Assembly: GCA_010356995.1 (NCBI GenBank)
Contig: ML996691.1
Location: forward strand, 564,174 to 628,173
Direction of reading: 5' to 3'
DNA: 64,000 nucleotides
Origin: Trichodelitschia bisporula
Taxonomy: Eukaryota
A model generated the notes under the pieces. The model did no database searches. It was not told where the DNA came from and saw only the letters and a program-made list of their open reading frames with translations. Positions 1 to 11,013 of the stretch are shown here, piece after piece (positions within the stretch are counted from its first letter, which is position 1; each line of letters begins with the position of its first letter). Made by a program: the position numbers and the translations under genes.

Positions 1-705
1 GATTCTGACGACGGAGAGCTGAACCGGTTCAACGCACTCCTGGCCGAAACCCTGAAGACGGATGACACGAATGCAGAAGGGGAATCCTCGGATGAAGACA
101 TGAACGATGACCAGATGATGGCCCTCGATGACCAGCTCGCCAACATCTTCAAGCAGCGCAAGTCACAGACGCAAGGCAACAGCAAGAAGGAGAAGAAGAA
201 GACCCAAGAGCAGATGATCAACTTCAAGACCCGTGTTCTCGATCTCCTGACCATCTACGTGAAGCGAGAGTATGAGAACCCGCTGGCAGTCATGCTGGTT
301 CTCCCTCTCCTGCGGCTGATGCGCACGAGCACGGGGCCATCATATCGTCTCCCGTCGAGGGCTTCCCAAGTCCTCAACTTGTACATGAATACAAACGGCA
401 GGGCGAAAGCTGCCATTAGGCCCGAAAACACCGGGTTCGACGAAACCAAGGTGTGGGAGTATCTCCGAGAAGTCCACACGGAAGTCAAGAAGCCGGCTGC
501 GGGACCGCACGCCCAGGCATGCAGCCGGGCGAGTCTTTTCTTCGCGAAACTCATCGTCGCCGCCGATAGGGAGAGTTACAACAAGGTCGTTGACCTGTAT
601 GCGGAAACTCAGAAGGACTGGTTTCTCAAACGCAATTCGCCCATCCAGGCGACTTTCTTCACGGGGTGGATTAGCTGGTCGGTAAACGTACGCTGCGAAA
701 GGTAA
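1..705 (+). CDS. POL5: DNA polymerase phi / MYBBP1A-like nucleolar protein, C-terminal part (gene starts before the window)
   Basis: Frame 1 is open from base 1 to TAA 703-705. Acidic stretch, then MNDDQMMALDDQLANIFKQRK...FKTRVLDLLTIY...HAQACSRASLF, matching the fungal Pol5 C-terminus as I recall it. Confidence 0.85.
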   Translation, partial: DSDDGELNRFNALLAETLKTDDTNAEGESSDEDMNDDQMMALDDQLANIFKQRKSQTQGNSKKEKKKTQEQMINFKTRVLDLLTIYVKREYENPLAVMLVLPLLRLMRTSTGPSYRLPSRASQVLNLYMNTNGRAKAAIRPENTGFDETKVWEYLREVHTEVKKPAAGPHAQACSRASLFFAKLIVAADRESYNKVVDLYAETQKDWFLKRNSPIQATFFTGWISWSVNVRCER

Positions 706-3700
706 TTTTGGAGCCTTGCGTGATCGAGGGCCTTCGAGCGGACCAGGTCTTCAGGATACAGATAGATAGTCGGATGGAAGCGATTTCATAGAGCTGTGTA
801 ATACAAACAGGTTTGGTTGCTATGTTGAGGTGCCGGGTTACGTCGTATATATCAAATTTCGGGCCGCCCTGCCAACGCAGCAGGCTTAGACGGAAAGAGA
901 AGCTGTCCAGAGGCTACCTCGAAGCTAATGTATAGATCACGACACTTGCTCGCGGCCGATTGGCGCCGCTAGGCTGCACGACATAGCGGTCGTGTTAGCA
1001 TGGTGGTTCGCACGGCAGCACCTAGGTCTAGTGCCCCGTCGCACGGCGGCCAGACAAAATTTGGTGGGACACCGTAGGCGAGGAGACGGGCGCGGGATGC
1101 ACGTAAAGGATGCATTGCGCCGTTGCACGGGCGAACCGGCCCAGACGCTGTGCCAGCGCCAGGCCCATACACGCAGCCGGAGCGCAGGGCAATGAGCAAC
1201 TTTGTCTCGTTACGCAGTCTGCAGCTGGCCGCTGGGGTCGGCCGGGAAGGGTAGGAAGGGTAGGAAGGGACGATAAATCGGGTTGTAGGCCTGGGTTTGG
1301 GACGGGCGGCCCAGATGCCTTCACGCGCGCGGATGCTGCTCAGCTCAGCTCAGCTCGGTTCAGCTCAGCGGGCGATATTGCGGAGGTAAATAGGAAGCTC
1401 GCGCGTCGAGTGCTTGCCTGCTGGCACTGGGAGTTGAAACGGCGAGATGAGGTGCAATTAGTCATGTCGCCAATGGGGCAAACGGTGCAGGACGCGCAGC
1501 AGCCTCGCCATTCGCTGGGCGCTGTTCGAGCGCGACGGCTTCAGAACGCGTATCCGCCGATGGGGAGGAGCTTGGGCGCTGTACGTGCATGAGAGAGGGG
1601 AGGAGAGACGCTGGGATTTATTAGGGAGCAAGGAAGGTCCTTGATGACGAAGGGCGATTAGTTCCGCAGGAGGCCCGTTCGGCGACGCGACGATGCAGTT
1701 GCTGAGCCAGCGGAGCTGCAGCCCGGTGGTGCAGGCCCCCCCCGCAAGCAAGCAACAAGCTTCGGTTCGTCAAGAAGCGCGTTCCGGCGTCAAAAAGACT
1801 CCTCTTTTCTGCAGTTCGGCGGGACTTGCCCAGCAGCCTCTTTTCTTGGGTTCTTCTTCTCCGCAGCAAGGCTCGGTTCGGCTATTGCCCAGGCACGCCC
1901 GTCCCATGTGGCCAATAGGCCCCGCCCGAGCCGATCACGCATGCACGCGTTGTTTGCAGACGACGCGTCGCGTCTCCCCCGACCCTTCCCCACCCAAAAC
2001 AAAAAGTTCAGCGACGTGTCGCCCTCTTAAATCCCACCACGCCCAAGTCCGGTTCCGGAACCCAGTGACAATCCAAGTCAGGCTGTGCGCGCGTCTGCCA
2101 CCCTTGCGCGGTGCGCGCCCCGGCGTGAACGGCAGACGGAGAAACGCCCCTCCTTGCCCTCGTATTGTGCGACGAGCAAGGAAGCTAGGCCCTGTTGCCG
2201 GCGTGGGGAGGGGGCGACGCGAGGGGAGGGCTAGGGCGTGGGAGCACGAAGGAGGGGTAGCTGAAGGCGCCAAAACGGCTCTAGGCGACGCCGCGGGCTG
2301 AGGCCGGAGCACTTTATCTGCTTTCGTGATGGGTCGGAGGGGAGTCGAGATCCTCTCTACCCGGCCCTGCCGCTACGCTCAGAGCTCTTTGCTTCCCCTC
2401 CTCTTCCTCCCCCTCCCTCTGTTTCCCCCTCCCCGCGGGCGTTTTGCCCCGGCAACGCCAGGTCCGCGCTGATACCGTGTGGCTTGACACAGCCGCCCGG
2501 ACAGTCCGACGCCTCTAAACGGGATGAAGGCGCTTCGTAAGCTCTTTAGGGAAGTTGAGGGGAATTTGAACTGATGCGTTGGCATTGATGGCGGCGGCTA
2601 GTTTGCGAGATATGAGATCATGGCGCGGTATGTACCGGTAGAGGAGAGGAAAGCTTGAAGATATTGCCCTCGCCGAAGATAGTACATAATATCTCGCGAT
2701 ACGGTACGGGACGACGGAACAGCCACACAGATAGCATGACAACCGAAAAGCACCCCGGCTTGGATTCGCGCTATGCATGGGTGATCAAGTCGGCATGCCT
2801 TGAAACGCGGCCGCTTGCGGAAGCAAGGAAGACGGAGGGGAGAAGGAAGAGGAGAAGCATGACGTCTCACGGCCGGCATGCTCGTCGATGCAGCGCCGAT
2901 TCAGTGATGACCAGGTCCAGCTCCCATATTAGGGCAGGAGGACGATCACGGGGTTAGCGAACAAGGGCCGGAGCAGAGGGGCTTTGTTCGATGGTTCTAT
3001 TGGTCAATGCTCTCGCTCTCTCTCACTTCCGTCAAGCGCGCTTCCTTGCCGTTGCTGGGCAACAACCCATTTTTCGAAGGAATCAAGGCGCTCAACCAGG
3101 CCAGCGTTGTTTGGTCTGTCAAGCCCCAGCCGAAGCCACAGAGGACCGGCTTTCCGCCAGTTACAATCAACGCATCATTGAATATTATTGTCGTTGCTTG
3201 TCCAGCCTGCACAGGATGACGGACGGACTCGCCGTCACTTGTTGAGCTTGCGCGTTGACCGGGCCGCGAGCTCAAGGCTTTTGGTGTAGGGCAGTGAAGC
3301 GCGGAGCTGATCGATTAGCTTCCCATGCTCCCCATGCTTCAGCTCGGAGCACCCTGGGGGCGTACTACGGTACGCAGTAGCTCCCCATTTTTTGACGCCT
3401 TGTTGCGGGCAGTTGCCGGGGTGAGGAATGGGTCGAGGGAATGGAGTGGGGGGTAATCCTTGACCGGAGAGGTGGAGGGACAGCAAAGGCCCGGCCTCAA
3501 CATCGCGTTGGGGACTGGATCAAATGTTCGGTTACTTCCTTGAAGACGACATGGGATGCCTGTCTCTCCATCTTTGCTGCTCTCTGACGCTTTGGGGAAT
3601 TGGCGGACAATAGCATTCTGCCCTTGACTTCCGCTTCTGTACTAGAACGTGCATATACGCCGTACTATGTACAGTACTTAGGCGTTAGGCGCGTGCCGGT

Positions 3701-5707
3701 AGAGGTGAGGCGGACTGTGAGGAAAGCTGAATGGACATTGGGCAGATTTCAAATGACGACAGCTTACATTCGTACTGCGGGCGCGTCCATGTATGATGTA
3801 TGTACCATGTACAGAGCGCATGCAAGATGTGAGTAGTGGGATGTGATGTTGTGTATACATCGGATACGACAGACGTCAACAACAGATGGAACATCGTGTA
3901 CTCTGTATGCAAGACCAAAAAATAAACCCTCCCGTTTCTTCCGGCCACATGAAGCAATGTAGCACAGCAACGAGAAAGAAGTCTTTCCCCGCCTGCATAA
4001 ATGTCCCCGACTCAGGACAGTAGTCGGTCGAGAAGAGTCCGATATGGTGGTGCAACAGCGGAAGCACAACCGGAGTGGGGGCTGTGCGGGCGCATGCCGC
4101 CCTAGCGACAGACCCAGCAACCTTCAGACCGAGAAAAATGTATCCTTGCCCATGAGGCGCTTTTCTCCGCAATCGTCGTTTCCAGCTGTCCGCGTGTGGG
4201 CGGCGGAAAATGCAGGCGGCCTGGTGACGGGTAGGTACCGTAGTGCGTAGCTTTGATATCGTGAAGGTTGTATGTTTGATATGCCTCATCAACCCTGCAG
4301 AAAAGAGGCAAGAGAAAGGAGAGAGCAGCTAAACGAGAAGCTATCTGTGACATGAAGTGTCTGGAAATCTGCATAGGTCTATCGAAGCTTAAGAATAATC
4401 CATGGGAATCTGCAACCGCTCCGTGATGCTTTTGGCCCGCTAGGATGTGCATCCGTATGATAGTACATAGGGATATGAAAGATGTACATACATCCGTACC
4501 ATCCGTACATAAATGAGCAAAAAATGACGACGCGACTTGAAAAAGGGAGAGAGAAAGAGAGAGATGGACGCGGTTCATGTTCGGAGTATCGCCACCAAAA
4601 GGGCCAATGGATCACCAACATTTACGGTAGCGCGCTAAAGCGATTGACAAGCCGGTTTGGCCTCGTTTTCTTGCTCTTCAACGGTTTAAGAGTGGAATCC
4701 TTGAAATCTTCCTCGAAACCGATTTCAATTGACAAAAGACGATTCGGCGCCCACGGCTCATCAGACTCCCCAATTCGCCAGAGGGGGCGCAAGGTACTGG
4801 GGTGTTGCTTTGACAACCGCCTCTCCAAGCGCTTCCTGCTCGCCCTCCACCACCACTTACAAGTCCACCACCCAGTCCACCAAAAACCCACCCACCAACC
4901 TCCCTCTCTTCCTACCGGGCTCGCTCCACACCAAAGCTCGTTGCTCTGGTGAAAGGCGGCTCTGGTCTGGTTGCTCCAGGTACCTCACCGTCGCTCGGGT
5001 CAAACTCTCTTGCTTCGGCAAAAAGTCTCTTTTACCTACTCCACCATCCCTTCACCTGTCCCGACATATTCCCTCTCCCCTCCCAAGGTCCTTCAACAAG
5101 TCACTCTTCCCCCATAGAAGGTTTTTCCACCCCCCCCCCCCCCTCCCTCACCTTCCACCACACCGTCCCTGACAACACGAAGGTACCAGCAATTCGCCCG
5201 ATTGCTCCTTCCTCGCACCATCACCACCACCGCTCTCCAAACTCCATACCAAGTCTACCTCACCACCCCGCTTCAACATCCACCCCTCACCCATACATTG
5301 ACCATCATCCCCAAACCTGCCACCCTCGCCGAACCAATTCTCTCGGAGCTGGAAGCCGAATCTTCACGCATGACATCCACAGCTTGATAGCCTTTCCCCC
5401 CTTCTCGCCAGCACTCTCCTGCATCCTACTGTGCATCGTCTTGCTGCGACATCATAGGCCACTTCTTACGGCATCCTCAACTTCAATTAGGACCTAGCCC
5501 ACCACATCATTGCATGTCTTAGAACTCAACTGCCTGCGTCCTGCTCTGTTTCCCCTCGCCTTCGGCACGGTCTCGCGGATTCTATCGCCCCGGATAACAG
5601 AGCAGATACAACAGTATCCGACGCGTTTGCGAAGGTACCTGAAAACAATTACAACGCTGAGCATTTCGTATTGTTGCCTTTGCAACGCGTTTTACAACGT
5701 CTATATC

Positions 5708-7557
5708 ATGGAGTTGTCTTCGCCTCTCGCAGCCATGGCCCCTCCGCCTTGTCCTAAGCCTTGGGGCTACGGACGCGATATTACAAGCCGGCCACTTCAC
5801 TTTCTGTCCGCAAACTTCGGTGCAAGCAGTTTTAACTTTCCAGAGGTCAACATGGGTAAAGCACAGAAATCAAAGGGGGACTACTTTACGAAGGGCGCTC
5901 CAATTCGCGGGTCATCGCCGTCGGCGAGCCTTGCGGCCGATCTGTCTCAGAACTTTCACATTGATCAGAGGTATGTGGCGCTTCAATATCGACTTCAGAG
6001 CCTATTATTGACGGCGTGCTTTAGCCCTCAGCTTCCAACCCCGCGTCGGGCTCTCTTCACAACAGGGCTTTTCGCCAACATCGACCGGAGTAAGTTGGTC
6101 AACATTCCTTAGTGGCTGTGTCGGTGCTAACCCTGGATCGCAGAGGGCGCCACAACTCCGCCGATTCCATCGTCGTCACCTGGCTTCGGCCATGATTACA
6201 TGGATGCCTCTCCTCTCCCGCACAAGCCTGCGTTCGCGAGCAAGCTTCAGCTTTTCCAGACAGCTGCGCCCAAGTTCGATGTAGACACGGAGATGACATC
6301 GCCCTGTGTGAGCCCCGATGCCATGGACGAGTCGGAGCAGGAGACTCCGGTGCCTGAGTAGGTCTCTTGATCCTTGTCCCTTTGAGCTTACTAACTCCCG
6401 TCTAGGCGGAGGCGCCCGTCGTTCATGATGCGGCAGACGCACAGTCGATCCAGGCTGCTGGCTGGTGCTCCCTACCAGCGTCCAGAGAAGCCGAAGCTCC
6501 CGACCTTCACCTTCGGCGCGGGTGGTACCGGATTGGCCACAGACAAGTCAGTACCTTCGCTAGACGAATGCTTCCAGGCATCTCCGCCTCAACAGCGGGC
6601 CTCGACCAGCAATCTTTTCGTTATCCCACCAAGACCTCGCACTGTCATTCCTCAACCAAGCTTGCCACACCGCGCAAATGGATCACCGATTAACATCCAG
6701 GTTAGGAAATCTGTCGCTACGACTAGGCCCCGCAAGCTCTTTCGCCGCTCCCTGAGCATGTTTGAAAACCCGGGTGATGTGATGAACCAAAAGAAGGAGT
6801 ACGTTCCCAGCGGACTCACCTCGATCGTGGATGCCGAGGAGACTCCGGCTCTCAAACTCCCGCACTTCTTCCAAGAGGACAGCAAGCCCGGCAGTGGCAA
6901 CCTTCCTCGCATCAACCACGACACGATGATCTCCGTGCTTGATGGGGAATACTCGAAGCAATATGACAAGATTCTCGTGATCGACTGCCGTTTTGAGTAC
7001 GAGTTCGAGGGTGGCCACATACAGGGTGCAGCGAACTACACGGACAAGGAGCTTCTCATGAAGGATCTGTTTGAGGGTGAACCTCAGGGCAACGCATTGC
7101 TCATTTTCCACTGCGAGTATTCCGCGCATCGGGCTCCTCTCATGTAAGCATTTGCCGGAAACCGCACCTGCCATGCTCATCCTTCTAACGAGCTCACAGG
7201 GCCACTCATATACGCCAGCAGGATCGTGCCGTCAATGCTGCCGAGTATCCCAAGCTCACGTTCCCGGAGATCTACATCCTTGACGGAGGGTATAGCTCGT
7301 TTTTCCGCAGCCACCGTGGCCGTTGCTACCCGCAGAACTACGTGGAGATGACTGCGAAGGAGCACGAAAACGCCTGTGAGCGTGGCCTTAACCGTATCCG
7401 CCAGCGTCAGAAGATGGCGCGTGCACAGACCTTTGCCTTTGGCCAGGTCGGAAAGGAGATGGAAGACAGCCCCAGCCGGCCCTCGAGCAACGCCGGGAGT
7501 TCCTCCTTGGATTTAGCTACTTCCCGTCATCAAGCTCGGCGCATGGCATCCTACTAA
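5708..7557 (+). CDS. cdc25: M-phase inducer phosphatase (Cdc25/Mih1/NimT)
   Basis: Exons 5708-5970, 6025-6089, 6144-6357, 6406-7143, 7200-7557, all GT-AG. Rhodanese domain with IDCRFEYEFEGGHI and catalytic HCEYSAHR (HCX5R). N-terminal SSPSASLAADLSQNFHID and RRSLSMF motifs. Confidence 0.95.
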
Positions 7558-8326
7558 ACGCAGCGTGAAGCGGCTGTGTGCTGGATTGACTTTGCCAGTG
7601 GACAACCCGAACAGCTCATTGCGGTGTCCAGGATCTATCTGTGTCACCGGGAACTTTGATCTACACCATGGACGTTCACCCTCCGTCTCATGCATCTAAA
7701 CACCCCGGTTTTCGGATTATCATCAGCTTCCCTTTTGGGGTCTTTTTCACACTTTTATGCATCCAGGTGGCTCTCGTGCAGCCACCTGTTCAAACATGGC
7801 ATTTGTGGCCTCGGTGTCGGTTCCGGTCACCTTTTCTCTTCATGGGACCTGCTTTATACCCAAATTTTGGCTTGGTGCGCAACGAAGGGGTTCGGAGGGC
7901 TCTGGATGCTACTGAAGCATAGGCATTTGCATCATGGGAAATACACTCTAGGCCGGAGATAGAGGTTGGGGGTCCGGGGACAGGGGCAGGAGGATTTGGC
8001 GGCTGGGCGCGATAGGGGTTGACGGTTGAAGGTTGAGCATTGTCTTCGACAGCATTCAGCTGTTGAATGGACCTGGCCTGATTAGCGTTGTCATGAGTTG
8101 AAGTGTGCACGGAATCAGGAGCGAACGAAACAACTAAACGATTATTACTGCCTTTGGTCCATGATGTGCTAAAATGTGCCGGTTGTTATGCTGAACTTTG
8201 ACATGTTTCATGGGACGTGGGGTGCATATGGTTTTGGCTCATGTATTTACGGTATGACGTCGAAAGCGGGGTTTGCGGGATTTCCACATCCGCGGCACCG
8301 CACGGTCCACTCTTGGTCGAGGCACG

Positions 8327-8464
8327 ACGCGTAAGGAACGCGAAGTCACGAGGTTACGCCCTTTGAACGCGGGGCATTTCCGGCGGGAAAGCAACACAAG
8401 GTTCGAGGCTACCATCATTCTCCCAAAATAACGTCACGGTCCTGCGGCGTCTTAAATGACGCGC
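8327..8464. promoter_or_regulatory. MCB-like (ACGCGT/ACGCGN) cluster upstream of SLD5
   Basis: ACGCGT 8327-8332, ACGCGA 8338-8343, ACGCGG 8367-8372, ACGCGC 8459-8464, all within ~150 nt of the ATG of a replication gene. Confidence 0.6.
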
Positions 8465-8477
8465 CTGGCTGCTGATC

Positions 8478-9249
8478 ATGGATATCGATGATATCCTCGC
8501 TGAAGTCGACCGCGCCGGTGTGCCACAGGAGGCGCGCGACTTGCAATCCTTGACGCGACTTTGGGTCGCGGAGCGGGTGGCGCCGGAGATGCAGCCTTAC
8601 CCGGAGGACTTGATGGAGCGGGTATTGGACAGGATTGCTAAGCAGGTATGTGTGACTCCCTTGCTAAGAGTGGATCTGGCTAATTGAGGGTGGGGTGGCG
8701 CAGATCGAGGCGATTGAGGAGGAGGCCGGGAATATGGACCCCAAGACGAGCTTTAAACTGGTTGTTGTGCAGACGGAGCTTGAGCGGTTTAAGTTCCTTG
8801 TCAGATCGTTTCTGAGGGCGAGGATTGCGAAGGTATATCGCTTGTTCCTATGCTATGGAGATGCAGACTGCTAATCCCACGGTACGATGCAGCTCGACGC
8901 CCACCCGCACTACTACTCCTCCGGCACGCCGTATACCTTTCTATCCGCCTCGGAGCGCCAGTACCTCTCCGCCCACCAGGCCTTGCTTGCGCGGCACTAC
9001 GCCGCGTCGTTTTTGTCGCAGTTTCCGCACTCGCTGCAGCGGTTGGACGATTCAGCTGGCGGAGTGAACATGGTTGATGTTCCTGATGTGGACAAAGCTG
9101 TGATTTGCAGGGTGTTGAAGGACAATGTGGGAGTTGTGGCGGTGGAGGGGACGGATGTGCGGTGTGATATGGAAAGGGGGGATGTGTGGGTTATTCGGTG
9201 GAGTGCGATTAAGGAGCGGGTTATGGCGGGCGATCTAGAGCTAATATAG
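8478..9249 (+). CDS. SLD5: GINS complex subunit Sld5
   Basis: Exons 8478-8645, 8704-8832, 8893-9249. Motifs [54 protein letters not shown]. Confidence 0.93.
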
Positions 9250-9463
9250 GCTGATTCGCGGCATGCTCATGATGTGTGTCTCTTGACAGTGGCTAACTAG
9301 ATCATATGCTCTGAAAATCAAGAGCCACGGGTTGCACGATACTGCTAAGATTCATCTGCTAACTTGTAAAGATAAACATCACATCGTTCGACCCGATACC
9401 ACTGGACGATAACCGCCAAACGCCCGTCATACTAAAGAGCAACGTTGGTACGGAACAAGAGCC

Positions 9464-10759
9464 TCAATGCGCCTGCAGCCATCCGAGCATTTGACCAAAA
9501 GCATGCCGCTGTGCTTCCTTGATCTTTGGATCGGCGTAGTCTCCCAGCACAGCAAAGCCTGAGCAGTCAACACTTGAGCTTACCGATAGGCTAGGCAACT
9601 TACCATGCGGGACTTCCGGGAACACTTTGACTTCGTGCTCGACCTTGTTCTTCTCGAGTGCCTCCACTCCCGCTTCCCGAATCTCGTTGGGGAACAAAGG
9701 ATCGTTGTCGACACAAACTAGGGAAATGGGAACCTTGACGGCGGCAATTTCGTCCGGTGTGATCTGAGTTCCATGCGCGACGGCACCGGCTTTGATGAAT
9801 GGGCCCTTCTTAACCATGCCTTGTTCCTCGTCCGTAGGCTCTTCACCCCACAGCACACTGTCTGGGTTCTCGCTGCCCAGTAGCAGGACATACTTTGCTC
9901 CAAAGCAGTAGCCGACAGCATAGATACCACCACCATTAGCGACGGCGTCGGCGAATTCTTCCTTGGCACTCGCGATTACCCGGTGCAGGATGGGGAGGAC
10001 CTTCTCGGGGGTGTGACGAGCGAGCCACATGTCGATCATGAAGGACTTAGCCGTGTCGACGATGCCCATTTTGAAGACTTCGAGGAACGATTGGACGGGT
10101 GAGACGGGCTCTGGAACAGAATTCGGAGCTGCGTCGCCGTCGAACCTGAGGGGCGCTGGTGTTAGTGGTACAACGAATGGGCCGCTTTGCGGCAGCGCAA
10201 GAGGCAACGGAGACGCACTGGTCAGGCATGATGACCAAGAAGCCTTCGGCGGCGAATTTGTCGGCTTGGAGCTGGTTGTTGGTCGACTTGATGCCCGTTC
10301 CAGACGTCAAGAGCAAGAGGAGCTTGGAAGGGGCATGAGGATAATCGGCTGGCTTGGTGATATACACCTACAATGATCAATACATATCTGTAGGGAGAGC
10401 CATGACGCTCACATCCACATCGCCGAGCTTGGTCGTTTCCTATATCTCGTTCAGCTTTGAGGATGTGGCACAAGAAACAGGGGACCAACACCAGTGGGAA
10501 CCTCCCCGGTGGCTGCTGTTCGTTCGCATTATTGATCCTCACTTCTTAAAGGCTACATACGGGTTGGTCTATCAGATACACAGTGTTCCTGAGAGAGCAT
10601 CAGCTCTGATACAACAGGATGAAAACAAGGCAGTGGAGATGCAGCGTCACTAACCCCCATCGCGCCTGAATGCTCAGGTGGACCCGAGCTGTCTGCGACG
10701 TTGCCTTGATCGAAGGCATCATTCTCCGGGGCTCTGGTTGCAACAGCTTCATCGGCCAT
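9464..10759 (-). CDS. Dienelactone hydrolase family (alpha/beta hydrolase) protein
   Basis: Exons 10759-10655, 10588-10561, 10515-10490, 10439-10413, 10367-10219, 10145-9604, 9558-9464. GYCFG nucleophile, Asp in DNDPLF, His in VPHGFA. Confidence 0.88.
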
Positions 10760-10903
10760 ACTGGGGAATCGGAGTCAAGGCTGTACGTAGTGTTTAGAAC
10801 TAGCTTTGTAGAGCGTCTGCAGGTAAGCTGACGTTTCACGAATGGAAGCTGAGCTTCGAACACCCTTCGGAAATTGCGGGGGTATTGATCACATGATCAC
10901 TTA

Positions 10904-10928
10904 ACGCGTTCGTTCGACGTGTTCGCGT
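10904..10928. promoter_or_regulatory. MCB elements in the divergent RFA1/hydrolase promoter
   Basis: ACGCGT 10904-10909 and TCGCGT 10923-10928, about 100 nt upstream of the RFA1 ATG. Confidence 0.6.
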
Positions 10929-11013
10929 TTGCCAAACTCCACACTCCATCAAACATCACAACCCCACTATCGCCACCTTCCACCGTCAGCACACAACCAC
11001 AGGAGCTGTCAAG

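Noticed and set aside
706..5707. Telomerase RNA in a long intergenic region, or ending at the Sm-like site 35233
   Set aside because: No TAACCCTAA-type template found by eye on either strand in any intergenic region, and only ~450 nt separate the ARL8 stop from the Sm-like site.
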